A DNA stretch of 64,000 bases from Phoronis australis (lineage: Eukaryota; Animalia; Phoronida). A model generated the notes under the pieces. The model was not told the DNA's origin. It saw only the letters and a program-made list of their open reading frames with translations, and did no database searches. The stretch spans positions 713,612 through 777,611 of the forward strand of contig NMRA01000103.1 of NCBI GenBank assembly GCA_002633005.1, read 5' to 3'. Of the stretch, positions 26,503 through 40,400 are shown in pieces (within the stretch, counting starts at the first letter, position 1; the number at the start of each line of letters is the position of its first letter). The translations under genes were made by a program, and so were the position numbers.

Positions 26503-29500
26503 AAATTATATTATTTTAATGGACTGTATGAATCAATTTGTTCTCACAGAAAGTGTGGGTCAACTATTGGCATCTGTTACAGTTTACAAGGGGGTTCAGC
26601 CATTAAAAAAGTTCGCAGGCCACAAGGCCTATGACAGTCTTCACCAGGAATATACTTGGAACTGTAAAATTCACTCCATGCCCTGTGAACTAAAATAGAA
26701 GGTACTTACATTTCAGATCAAACAAAATCATTACTCTAAATTATTCATGACATTTCCAGTTGAATCAACTACTTTCATTAACAAAAAATCTCAGGAATGC
26801 AGCCAGGTATTCCCAAAATTCGCTTTAAATGGACAACAAAAATGTATTATAAAATAAATAACCAACAAAGAATTTATTTGTGAGCTGCTAAAATAAAGAG
26901 ATAAAGATGTATTCTGCATTAGCTGTACTGTAAGGTGAACACTGCCGATACTACACGGATTTCACTCCAGGTAGATTTATTACTCGTTAATGGACAGGTA
27001 TAGAAATTACTGGCGGTATCCATTAGTTTTATGTGTTTCTGGAGTAGTGTTTGAACAACAATCGGTTCACTAAAGTGCCGCATTCACAAACCCATTTTCA
27101 TCGAGAAACAGATGATTTCAGGAAAAGAATTCTACTTGTCGAATGACATAATACGTACCACCGCAGGGGGTGGACTTTAATGAACCTTTCTGCGCAACAA
27201 CCAAGAATAAGTATTATGATCTCACCAACTTCATCAAAGTGACTTTCAGCACAATTATATCTCTGATCGTAACTTTCAAGGAATTCTCAAATGGCACCTG
27301 GAAACAGGTTCTTGGAAACTATGTATTTTTCCATGCAAGAGATTACGTTACAATAAAGTAAAATAGTAGCAATATCTTTCACTTATGACCACCACTCAAG
27401 TTTGGACCTCCTTAATTATAACATTCTCCAAATTTTAAAATTGTGGAATCCTTGTTTTTCCCCTTTCTTAATTAGTTTCGAGTGGAAGCTAAACAATATT
27501 TGAGCACTTTTAGTAATTGTTTCATTTTTTTATGAAAACATGAGGTCACTGGCATTTAACTATAAACGTTTCAAACTTTTCTGGGAAGACCAACTGAAAT
27601 TTTCTAGGATTGTTGTGTGTGAGAATCCAAAGATTTCAATGATTTTTTGTACTTGGATCAAAGGCCATGATTCAGTTCGATACCTAACATACAAAAATTG
27701 GTTAAATTTGGATTTAAACCATCCTATTCACCAAACTTCGGCCCCGTTACTTTAATACACTTCTGTACAGAAATAAAAAAGGATTATTTGGCTTTGTTTA
27801 TTTGACTCCTGAATCAATGTACATAACTATATCTTTCCTTAAATTTGACTGCAAAATGAATCGTTTTCCCACGAGGTGATGGCGCCATCTGATATGATTT
27901 TATACCTGGTTGACTAATAAGTAATCAATTTTCCTGAAAACAGTGATAGAGTACACTTCAATAATTGTTGTCCCAGATGTGAGCAATGTTACATAATGAG
28001 TGATAGGCAATTACAAGTTCACAAACTGACCTCATGCTGATAAGAAACCAGATCAATAACAACAGACAGGTCTTTAGGAGAGGGGGATTAGAACTTTAAT
28101 TTCAAGCCAACAATCGTATTTTTATAGCTGACTATAGAGACTTGGAGCAAAACCAAGATGTTGAAAGCATTTTACAGACTTTAAAACAGGAAAAATAATA
28201 AAATTAAACATTTCTGCATTACTTCAAAGACTGTGTTCCCGTAAGAAAATTTGAAGATCCCGTGAATTTTTCAAGCAAATTTTTACTACGGAAAATTTTT
28301 GCATTGGAACAGGAATTTTCCAAGGTAGAGTACAGTAACTCTAACACCTTGCTAAAAAGCAAGACTTCACAAGATTTGCCATGCATTTTGAATGAGAACA
28401 CGTGATTCTAGCTAGATTTCAGGGAGGGTCCCAGCATGATTACGAGTTCTGCCAAATTTCAGGGTCACTTTCGCCAGTAGTTCAGTTGGTTTTCTTATCA
28501 CCCGAATCAAATCGAATCGCTTTTAAGGGAATATTGGTCATAAAATATGTCCAAACTCATTAATTACTACGACGACAAACAAAGGCATCTTACCACTCCA
28601 CAAGTACAGCCTTTCAATAAAGCGGTCAGGCAACAAAAGCACCACCAACAGGAATACCAGCTCTGGGTAACCCAAATCAGTAGTAACGCACCAGTAAAGG
28701 CAACATATGTCACCACTCACAAATGGCGTTTTTGCTACCTGTGTTTTAGACAGTGAACAGTAATTGATTTTTTTTGACAAAAACAACTTTTGTAAAAACC
28801 CCTAATAAAAGTATGGGTGCCTAATTCTGTTTAAAGGTTGATTTTTTTCATAGCTAAGCTTCCAACAAATGTATCCTGTTTCAAATCAAGCACCAGGTTC
28901 CTTAAAACAGCACACCCTGTCCCGAAATAATGGAGTACCCTTGGGTGCAAAACTCCTTCATGGGTGATTTAAAGTCTCATTATCTCAGATAAAGGAAATA
29001 AACATAACCTTAATTCTAAGTGGTCTCACAACAGGATCAAGGCCATACAAGTTAAGTCTCTTGCTAGTGTACAGCAGGACACTGTAACTAGTATGTGCTT
29101 GCTTACCTTTTCTGAGAATAACCATAGGTGTAAAGTATTTATAACTGTTACCCATTCCATATTGTGCGATAAAACTACATTCCGTCAATGGATTTTAAAA
29201 ATTCAACACGTCGAATTACCTTTTTGCATGCGTAATGGCCCATGAAAATAAACCATGACTGATTCCAGTTCCGGACACAAAAAATCATTATACAAGAAGA
29301 ACGACGCCAGACACTAGACAATCACGAGCAGCTAGTAAAAGCAACCCGGTTATTGACCCTTCTAATTAAAAACTATACCCTTGTTCGGAAAAGGTAGCTT
29401 GAGAGTGCTCAATCACTAACAATGCCATACAAAACTTACCACTTTCGTAAACGGAGACACAATTATTTCTCAATCAAAAATAAAACCTGAATTCAACCAG

Positions 29501-29830
29501 CGTTAACGCATTTAGAAGCAGTGCAGTCCTCCCAGCTAAGATCCTGCAGACTTACAACCACCAAGGTACCAGTACATACCTAATGTATTAGTACTGTTCC
29601 TAATCTAATTACCTGAGTGATAACCAGTAGCTGTTGATTGACTAACAAGCTGTTAGGTAATCCACAATAGTGCAATCTGCCCACACCTATGTAAATTGGC
29701 GAATCGTAGCAGCGTTTCGACAGCCAATGAGAATAGTTGATGAACCATACAGCATTGGCCAACCGGTCACGTACAGTACTGTGAGTTTTCTTCACATCAG
29801 TTCAGAAGTATGGTAATACTTCATCTTTAT

Positions 29831-29887
29831 ATTTTTACTTTTACTGAGAAATTTGACAAAATCAAATTTCTCAGTAAAAGTAAAAAT
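29831..29887. repeat. Perfect 26-bp inverted repeat with 5-nt spacer
   Basis: atttttacttttactgagaaatttga-caaaa-tcaaatttctcagtaaaagtaaaaat. Confidence 0.9.
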
Positions 29888-30892
29888 CAAGATTAAGAAA
29901 TTTTTTTGTCAGTTGTTAGTTTCAGGATTTGGAATGACAAATGACAAACAAAGAGGAAAATTTTCCAGGTGATGTATATTTAATATTTTTGTGTTGTAGA
30001 ATTTAACTGATAAATAAAATTTTTGCATGAGTAATGTCAAAATAACGATAAAAAAGAGATGAAAAAGAGAAAACTGGAAATCAAATATGAGAAAATTGAA
30101 ACCAAAATAGAGGAAATCCTCTTAGAGAGGAAAATTCCAGGCACTGTAGCATGTTTGCACCGTGCAGATGTCACAAAATGACAGTTTCTGAAGTTTCCAC
30201 TGTTTGCAGCAAAGTAATTAGTCTTTAAGAAATTGAAAAATGAAAATGTTGGTGATAATTTTTGTGCAAAATAACTAAAGAAATAACATGTACATAACTC
30301 AGAAATTAAAATTGCCAAAGCTTGCTAAAATAAGTGTCAACGAGAATAGATAATTTCGAATTTCAAAACTTTCTTTACAAGTAACAGAACCACAAAATTT
30401 GGCCAGATTTCCAGACGAGCAAACTACTACGTGCTCTTCAGTCAAAAACAACACCACTGATGAATAACCAGATGCATATCTATACACTTTGTTAGAGCCA
30501 TACTCACATCACTCTAGTTCAAAACTTGACGAGGGCTTCTTTTGCAAAGCAGATTACAATTAACTCTTGCCACAGACTTCCATGCTGTCTTGCGTATGAC
30601 TGCACAACACTAAGAAGTCATGAATATGCGAGAAAAGGAAGGTATTCGGAAAAAATGCCCCGTAAAATTGGCAGGAAAATATGGCTGGCCAACAGTACCA
30701 AGTGACAACAAATATTCATTTCGGTATTTAGAGACAGACACAGGATGAAAGAACTTCTAAGGCAATTCCACGTTCCGGTTTTTGGAAAAATTCAACCCAA
30801 GAAATTCATCTCTATCCAACCTACTTGAATTCATGAGGATGTTGACAAACTGGTTTCTAAGCATGTGAACTACCGTGCTCCATTCCCCAGGG

Positions 30893-31177
30893 GATCACCC
30901 ATATTGACAAGGTGTCCGCAGTCGTGTACCAAAAACTGCTGAGAGACCCCTATTGCAGGAGCCAAGTCTGCTAATTCCTACCTCCTTTTGCAGGGTCAAT
31001 TTTCTGCCTCACCCCATTTTGCGGCGTAGTTTTTTCTGCTCCACCCCTTTTGCGTGGAAAAAATTGAAACAGGGTCCTCTTACACCCCACGCAGGTCCTG
31101 TAAATCTTGCTGAAAAAGTACCGTCTACTCATAATTTTTGGTACACGTATGCGGTCACCTTGTCAATATGAGTGACC
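30893..31177. mobile_element. MITE with ~40-bp TIRs
   Basis: tcacccatattgacaaggtgtccgcagtcgtgtaccaaaaa pairs with tttttggtacacgtatgcggtcaccttgtcaatatgagtga. Confidence 0.75.
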
Positions 31178-32714
31178 TTACCGGCTTCATTCACATAAAG
31201 AATACCTGCTCTGGGTCTTTATTCAACATCTCCATTTACCGTACAAGCGTGTATTCGGGTTCACGTGCCTTTATTCAAAGTATTCCATTTTGTTTAAGAA
31301 CTTTTACTGAAGTGTTTCTCTTATAGACACTATGCGTCAATTATCCCTCGCACATGAGCGTATCTTAACTTTTATGTTTTTGTGTTTTTACTTCCATGCC
31401 TAGTTCTTTTCAGTGCTATAGTTTATAACACATAGACTACAAGTCGGCATCTACCGCTTCACTCTACGCCTATCGTCAGAAACCAGTTCTTCATTTAGCA
31501 GCCTTACCAGTCTCAAGTTGTTCCTTACTCAGGTTAGGTGTCAAAAGAACTGAAAATTTGTGATAGCATTAGAACAGGCTCACGAGGTTTGCTCGTGGTG
31601 GTGGTTTAGTTTCAGCCAACAAAGCAGTATAGATGTCGAAAGGGGGAGGGATTCCAGGCGTTTTACTACAATTTCGACAAACAAACAAAAAGAAACAACA
31701 CAACAATTATAAAGTAGAAGACCAAATAACGATTTCTGAAAATTGGTTTATCGTCCCTTTAAAAATTTCCTCCTTAGTTTTATTCAAGTGTTTTATTTAA
31801 AGCATGCATCCTATGTCACAGCTTCACATTTAGAGTACGGTACTAAATACACGCATGTACGTTGAATGCATTTGGCATCACCTGCCATCCATACACAAGT
31901 ACACAGTGCTCTCTAGTTCTACACCTACCACCAAGCGTATGTGTGAAATCCCAGGTATGGGGTCAACTGTGGGAAGTCCAACTTCATCGCTGAGACTCTA
32001 GTCAACACAACCAGATAGATGGTATTTCTACCTTTACCCAGGAATGTACACGGAGGTAAAACCAGTCCATTGCGCTCAATAACACAACTAGCTCAGGCAC
32101 TTTGGTGAAACAAAAATACAAAAGGATGTTGGCATTCTTACCAACTTTCAAATGTTACGTGATGTGACCAAAAAAGATGGCGTGCTGACAGGACAAAATG
32201 TTCGTAACCTAGCAGTGACATTTTCTCATAAAGTGCCCAAAAGAATAGTGCGCTCATTCAAACTCCGAACATATGCTGATCTTACTTGAGTTGTTGATAA
32301 AACCACATTTCATTATACAAAGAAAAAGACGTCTGTCATGCAACTACAAAATTTTCAATTTCCAACTCAGTGAAATGCTAGAAATTTTAACGTGAACAAT
32401 GCCATGGCACGAACCCTCCAAACTACAATACATCAGCTGCATTACGAAATGTGCACCAGTCACAGTCAGAAAGTCGTTCTTTCCAGCCTCAACGAATGAA
32501 AACCCTGAATGCGGTGCCCTGATATTTCCACATGTAGCTGTCTGTGACAACTAAAACTGGTGGGTGTATTTTTAACAAATAAAAGAGTCCTAAATTGTCT
32601 CACTGACTTGGGCAGCTGGTGTGATCTCGCATTACCATGACAACCATTGTCTGCACGCGACCTCAAATTTAAGTTTTCTGATCCGCGATTTAATATCTGA
32701 ACTCCGAGTCTAAT

Positions 32715-33095
32715 CTGTTTACTCGAAATCGAACTTGAAATTATATTCTAATTTGTACGAACTCAAGCGATTATTATTCCATGCTTGAGTACATAATGAC
32801 TTGCAGCCATAATTGTTTAAACCTAGTTTGCACATAATGACGTAAACCGCTAAGCCTAAGAGTTAGAGTCTGAAATCGAAATTTCTTGATCAAAAGCATA
32901 AGTTTCAACTTTGGTCTGTAGCTCGAATACAAAGGAGTCATCAAGTGCAAATTTGGACTAGAAACTCATATGAATAAACCATAATGTACTACAACACAGA
33001 CTAATGGGCACTAATACCTCCAAATCACACAAAAGTAGAATAGAAAATGCCCAAGATAATTTTGAGTTTGATTTCCAGCAACAAGACAAGGCCCT
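32715..33095. mobile_element. Diverged copy of the 17538-17960 MITE
   Basis: Colinear similarity (tttactcgaaa..., actagaaactc.tatg.ataaac.ataatgta). Confidence 0.65.
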
Positions 33096-34897
33096 GGGCC
33101 CGGGTTTCTGTTCCGTAAAACTTCAAAACTTTTCCACTGGATTGTAACATTATGTCAAAAGCGTGATTTAACAATGACAACGTGATGTGAGATAGTCATT
33201 TCTTGTTATCCATTGTACAAGTTTTATGCCACCTCCCGAGTTACAACTTTTGCAACTGCCCTGTTACGAAGGTTATAGTATAACCTCTCACTTACCACCC
33301 TCACAGAGGGTTATAACCATGCTAGTTACAACTTTTTAAACCAGTTTTAAAGTGCTCAGACCTAGAGTTAAAACCTTTAGATCGGTTTTAAAAGTGATAA
33401 ACGCCTTGGTGTGAACGGGGTACTGGACTTCTTGGCAATGACGATCTATCATTAAACAGGTTCACCGTTTCAGTGAACTGTGCATGGCATTGGCATAAGC
33501 TAGAGTCTTCTTTAAAAATAAAGTCTTCAGGATAAGTAAAACAAGAAGTTCACACAAATGTCAAAAGGGTTTGCATAAGAAGGTTTAATTTTCTATAAAC
33601 ACAGACCTTGGTAAAAAACAGGAAGTACACATCTTCATAACCTTCAAGATGTTAACAGGATGATGCATGTTTTGACTCAGCAGACACCAAAAAAGATAAC
33701 ATTTGGACAACCACATGAGCAAGTCATTAGTTTTTGTGCAAAGGTTATCTAAACGTTACTGTGGATGGCTAAATGTGGGAATTAGTCAAGCTTAAGTCTT
33801 TGAAAGTTGGTGGGTCTACATGACAAAAGTGTGCATTGACAAAAGTGCACATTACATCCTATTCACCCTCATTTAAACACAGCCATTCAAACTGAACGCT
33901 CAACCGAACATAGGCAATTATGTAGAATTGAAATTTTGGAAAATTCGGAAGGACATCAACCCAAACACGGGTGATTAACCAGATACACCTTATTTTTAAA
34001 ATGCGTGTTTTTGAATTCGCCCCAAAATGCATTTTACTGCCAAGATCAAACATAAACACTGGGGACAACATTATCTTACAAAAGACTGTACGACTCTGGT
34101 TTTTCGTAATAAACAGAAAATGAATTCATGCAAATGGAACTCTTCCACGAAATAAGTAGTTTCGAATGTAACTCACATACTTCAGTGGTAGATACCATAG
34201 AAATTCAAATATTTTTAGGGCTTAATAACTAAAAATATAAGCCGTCAAATTTGTTATTGGAAACTGATTCTGGCCACTAGTCTACGTATTGTTGCTTTGC
34301 AGCCGACAAGTTCAAGTCGCATCAAAAATTTGTACGCTGCTCCATTTGAAAAGATTACCTGAGCCACGCTGTGCATATTTAGGTCCCTGTGCCTAAAGCT
34401 ACACGTAACAAAAACACTACATTTTACCAACTTTGCTCTAAAAGTAATTTGCTCTTTCATTTATAGGCACAATCAGCTATTCCTCACATAGGTGAATGTC
34501 ACAGACATTTTTGTGTGCCTTTTGTACACACCTAATACCTTTTATAAATACTCAATTAATGCTAAATTTAATGTCAATATCCATCGTTTTATGACAAACA
34601 TGTCAAGCTAACCGATAGTCTACTTCAAAAATTTCTCCTTTTTGTTCCGGTGAAATCGCACCAATTTCACAAAAAATAATTACCAATATTGATCTTTTTT
34701 CAAAGCTTTTGACATTGCTGTGAATGCCTAAGATTTCGCGGAATCACTTCTGGTGCTGGGCCAGCACATGAAGCCCTGTTGCTAGCTATGGTATAAATCT
34801 TTAAAAAACCGTACAGCATTTATCTGGTGAAACCCATCCTTTAGGAAAATTGAAAAAAAATTAAATTTCACTTGTCGGCCATATCGTGTCCTAAATT

Positions 34898-37406
34898 GGC
34901 GAGGCTGTACCGTGCTCAACCGTTCCACTCATTGGTTCTGCTTCACATGCAGGAGTAATGCCCAGCTGCACGCATACGTAGTACAAGTACTGAGTGACAT
35001 GTCGACCTAACAGAGTTACAAACACACAGACATGAAGTAATCAATAATTAAATGCTAGGAACTTCATCACCATCCTCAGTAAACAGGTGAATGATTTGCA
35101 CACCTGCTGCATACATGTGGCAGGTAATGGCATTACTGTAAAACGTATACCACAAGTGCCATCGAGATCTCAAGACCTCTACGTTTTTGTGAAATCTCAC
35201 GAACATTTGGAACCTAGTGAACCCTGTCAACACACAGTCTTTTAATGAAATCAAATTTACATATATAACAGAGTCGATTTCATCAAAATGAACTGCCTCC
35301 ATACTCAATGCAGCACGGCTCAGGTGCATAACTCTTCACTAGACACAACATCTCATCAATTTTGGGCAAATATTATTCCCAAAATTAACCTTTTTTACGG
35401 TGGCCCGAAAGTATCATCAATATTTAAATTATCATTTTATTTTTCCGTTTTCACTTACGTGGAAATTATTTCAACTTATGTAGAAATAACATCCACTTAG
35501 CATGAAATAATTCCCACCAGGGTGGAAATAATTTCCACCATACTTTATGTTTTTTAAAGTTTTCTAACACACTTGTTAGTGCCCATAATTTCTCATCGCA
35601 TTTCCTGATGGTGGCAGTGGGACAGAACTCGATACTAGATATCTTTTGTGGAAAATTGAAAAAAGTAATTTCACCAGTCCGCCATATCATGTCTTAAATA
35701 GGGGAGATTTTACCAAAAGAACTATGACATAGTGTTATGAGATCTTACAAATGCATTTGACATCATGCAACAGTCAAGAGCTATCCTTTGTATAAGTTTG
35801 TGCAACCCAGCCCACACTTTAAAGAAATCAAACATGCACTCGCCAAAACAGCACAAAACTCTGAAGCAACTCGTGTTAAAAAGTCTAACTGGGAACAATG
35901 CAAGTCAATTAATTGCTCAAATTTGGAGATTGTAGCAAATTTTACAAATATTTAACATTGGCTCTCCCAAATTCAATGATTACTATTCACGACAAACAAT
36001 CATTCACCTCATGCATGAAAATGCTGCATCAGCAGTTACTTTCAAAGATTTTATGGACTGCCAAGCCTGATACCCGTTCAGTAACACTCGGACCTCGCTA
36101 AAAAGCAAGACCTCGCGAGATTACGTGAGATATCGCCGTGTATTTTAAATGAGAACACGTGACTTTGACTAGGTTTTACCTAGGTCCTAGTGCAGGTCCT
36201 AGCGTCTACTGAACGCACTCCTGTTTTCATACAAAACGCTGGGTCCCATATTTGAGTAATACGATGAACGCCGCAATCACCGATATCTCAATCTTCAGCT
36301 TTAGCAAAATAATTTATTTTTCACTGTGGCAAACAAGAGAATTTTTACCTTTGTAAATGTTCGCTCACAATATCGTTGTTAAATAATTCACTGTCGAGAC
36401 AATTTGCATAGACCTTAAGAGCTCTTAGAAAGGAAAGAGTTCAGTTCACCTACTGTTGCATAATACAGAGGAAATAATATTCCTGTCACTTCTTAGAGAT
36501 ATGAAAATGGCAAACAAAATGCGCAGGGGTCATTTCCCTTACTGCCAGACAGATTATGTGGTGGATAAGCAGTTTTAGTTATTCATGACAATTACAGAAC
36601 ACATGCTTATGAATTATGCAAGGATTTGACACTCTAACAAAAAGATCAAGCAGTGTCAATTGTCATGACTACAGAATAGNGGTGAGGCTGTACCGTGCTC
36701 GACCGTTCCACTCATTGGTTCTGCTTCACATGCAGGAGTAATGCCCAGCTGCACGCATACGTAGTACAAGTACTGAGTGACATGTCGACCTAACAGTTAC
36801 AAACACACAGACATGAAGTAATCAATAATTAAATGCTAGGAACTTCATCACCATCCTCATCGCCGTGTATTTTAAATGAGAACACGTGACTTTGACTAGG
36901 TTTTACCTAGGTCCTAGTGCAGGTCCTAGCGTCTACTGAACGCACTCCTGTTTTCATACAAAACGCTGGGTCCCATATTTGAGTAGTACGATGAACGCCG
37001 CAATCACCGATATCTCAATCTTCAGCTTTAGCAAAATAATTTATTTTTCACTGTGGCAAACAAGAGAATTTTTACCTTTGTAAATGTTCGCTCACAATAT
37101 CGTTGTTAAATAATTCACTGTCGAGACAATTTGCATAGACCTTAAGAGCTCTTAGAAAGGAAAGAGTTCAGTTCACCTACTGTTGCATAATACAGAGGAA
37201 ATAATATTCCTGTCACTTCTTAGAGATATGAAAATGGCAAACAAAATGCGCAGGGGTCATTTCCCTTACTGCCAGACAGATTATGTGGTGGATAAGCAGT
37301 TTTAGTTATTCATGACAATTACAGAACACATGCTTATGAATTATGCAAGGATTTGACACTCTAACAAAAAGATCAAGCAGTGTCAATTGTCATGACTACA
37401 GAATAG
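34898..37406. repeat. Direct duplication 34898-36679 / 36681-37406 across a single N; second copy lacks 35079-36132
   Basis: Copy 2 joins catcctca directly to tcgccgtg. Confidence 0.85.
36075..36215. mobile_element. Small MITE; related copy at about 28330-28445
   Basis: TIRs cgttcagta and tactgaacg. Shares gctaaaaagcaagac...aatgagaacacgtga with the 28.3-kb copy. Confidence 0.6.
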
Positions 37407-40400
37407 ACCAGTATTTCCATGTTGGTATCCACAGGCAATGTGTTGCCTGCCCTGTGTTGAGTTATCCAGCAACAACTGAGTCACAGTAAACAAGCACTGT
37501 CGCTATTATGAATCAAAAACAGCAGGCTAAAAATGATAATCCAATTAGGCCTTTTACTCTCATACAATTGGTCTGGTAATATTCCTTTTTTGATATCATC
37601 ATAGTGTTTCAAACATCGCTTTCCCATGCTTACAGCTTTTTTTAAAAAAAACACAAGACCTTGACTGAAATTGATCTGGGCAGGCTTTTTGTCAGTGAGC
37701 ACAGGTCTCGAAAAATGAATCAGGCTAAGATTAGAAGCAATTATACTTTTTGGTCAACGGTAATAGCCCATCACTTTCCGGCGTCCACTGTCCCGTCCAA
37801 GCCATCCTTTTTAAAAGGACGGCCTGAATGGTAGCTTGATCAGTCTGACAGTGACTCTGACCACAAGATAACCTTCCAATAAACTTGTCAGCAGAAAATC
37901 ATCTTCAAGAATAAACAAGAGGATTAAGGTGCAATCAGAAAGTTGCATAATTGGATCTCTGGAAGATACATGCTCTGGTCTGTACAAGGTTAGACATTCA
38001 ACACAGGTTCACATGGCGTCTGAACTGAGGGCAGATTTCCCTCTCATTCACCGTCTTACACACCAACGCTCAAAAAAAACCGACAGATCTGCCTCCTCAC
38101 CCTGGCGCAACTTGTGGTTTGACTCAACACCCCAACTCCTGTTTTGCAGAGTTTCACTCTATGGGAAACCCTTCCTACCTCACTTAAACAGCTATCACAA
38201 CTCCTTTCAAAATAGGTGGATTAAAGTACGGAGTCACACAATCTGGCTGCAATGGAAAACGGCAACTCTAATTCAGCTGGAGCAATCGCTAGGGGTCGTG
38301 ACATCATTCCCATTCTCAACTGTCACATGTAAACAAATAAGAGAACAGAAATCTGACAAAGTATAACACGGGGTGGTAGATGGCGAGATATGTTTATTAC
38401 TCTCAAAAACATTAGTTCGACAGTATGATTCAAATACTCCATCTGGTGTTTAAAACGGAGAAGTGTTGGCAACTACGATGTTGCCAAACAATAGGAAAGG
38501 TAAGTGCACAGTTGTGATAGTCCGAAGTTACCCTAATGAGAAAGCGACATATGATTGGCCAGAATACTATCACTCTGCACAAGAGTCATTGCTACATGAA
38601 GATGTTTGGTAAAATTTTAATGTGGTTGTATCATAGCAGATAGGACTCCTTTGTGACTTTCAAGCAGAGCTACTGGCTGATGTGTCTTCTGATAATTCAC
38701 ACGTGAACCTCTTACCGTATCTCCAACATGCTGGTTGACTCAAGAATTCAAACTCCGTTTTCAACACAACAATGACAATGGTAAATACAGCAGGGCTGAG
38801 TTTGGAGACCTGACGTGCACGGGTCGCAAATGTGACCTCAGATTTTGTTTGGCAACCTGGTAAAAAACCCAAGTCGTCACGAAGTTGCCATGCACACATT
38901 CGAGTACGCATTCATAATACCACAGGAAATAAACACTGATGAGAGTCGGAATTAGTCAGCAAAAACCAGAAGGAACGATTCACGACTCATGCATAAACAA
39001 AATGGCCAGATCATTTGTTTTTTCACTTTCATATGTGAGGCTCCGCCGTATGACGGGAACGAGAGAGAAATTGGTCATTACCGAATACCTTGTACATGTT
39101 TAACTTTCTGTTCGACCAAAAAAAGGATGCCCGGGCACTCTCTGATATTCCCGCCGATATTTGGTTCGCTCAGTGTGCCAGTTCTTGAACTTAGAAATCC
39201 CGTTTTTAATTTCCGACTGTTGTTAACTTTCGCACCTCTACATTCGGGGTTCCCTTGTTTGGGCAAGCTTATTTTCATTAGGTAAAGAAGAAATTCTGCC
39301 AGGATGCATGAGCCCTGTGCTGTAGTCTTGAAAATTGAAAAATGCAGTCTAACCTTATTTTTGCTTTTGGACAAAGGCCTACGTTTCATGATCAAAATTA
39401 TCGATAACGTGAAATGTTGTCCAATCAACGGATGCCATTCTACTCATTGGAGGACAACAGTCCGACCAGCTTTCTAGAAATTCATTTCTAAGATAAACAT
39501 ATGGTTAACAAGACTTGCCTGATATGAAATTTTTAAAATTGCTTCAAGTGCTTGGAACTGCACAAAAAGCCTCTAGGTGACAGCTGTTCTTACAATTTTC
39601 TTGGTGGTTATTTTTGTTAAAAAAGTTGACAAAACGAAATTCCATTTTCCTCCAATATAATTTCCTAAACTTAAGACCCCTTTACAGTTAATCCAGAGCA
39701 AGGAATCCAAGCTGTTTTCGGACACGTCATTGACATCAAATAAAATTTCCTCAAAATCTTTTCAATAATCCTACAGATCCACCACTTTTTGTTTTCACTG
39801 CCACCCACAGTAAATATGTAATCAATATCATAGCAGCAATGAAAACTAGTTAAAGGGTTTCCTGTCTGCTATGAACAAAGACAATATCGGATTAGCAAGT
39901 GAACAAAGAGAATCCATTACCAGTGATTTCTTGCCATCACAAATATGAAACGTCTGTCCCCGAGGCATGCACACACAAGACTGGCATTTGTGCTTAGAGA
40001 AGACCATGGAGAAGTGTAGAGGCAAGACCTGACCGTGACATTTGAAGTGGAGACACTGAGAAACACTCTAGACAAGGATGCAAATCATAGCCACAACAAA
40101 GCCGGAAATTTATCTCAAAACCTAGATTACTTCTGATTACTTTCTTCCATTGAACATGTCTACATAAGCAATTTTTAATTATTTGCTAAAAGCAGCGAGT
40201 GATATTAGCTTAGAAAAGACACTAGATATTTGTTTTCCAATAAAAAAACAAGCCTTGGTAGATTGTGATAGAGAGCAGGTTCCCAATAGGTTATTTAATA
40301 AACCTAATTCATCAACTACAGAATTTTGTCTAGTATTCACTTATTTTAAGAAAGATCTTGATTACATGACCAAAGAATCAGTTCCACACCTATAATGAGT

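Noticed and set aside
37929-38366. 145-aa plus-strand ORF
   Set aside because: Non-ATG start, no recognisable motif and no convincing splice sites; probably chance.
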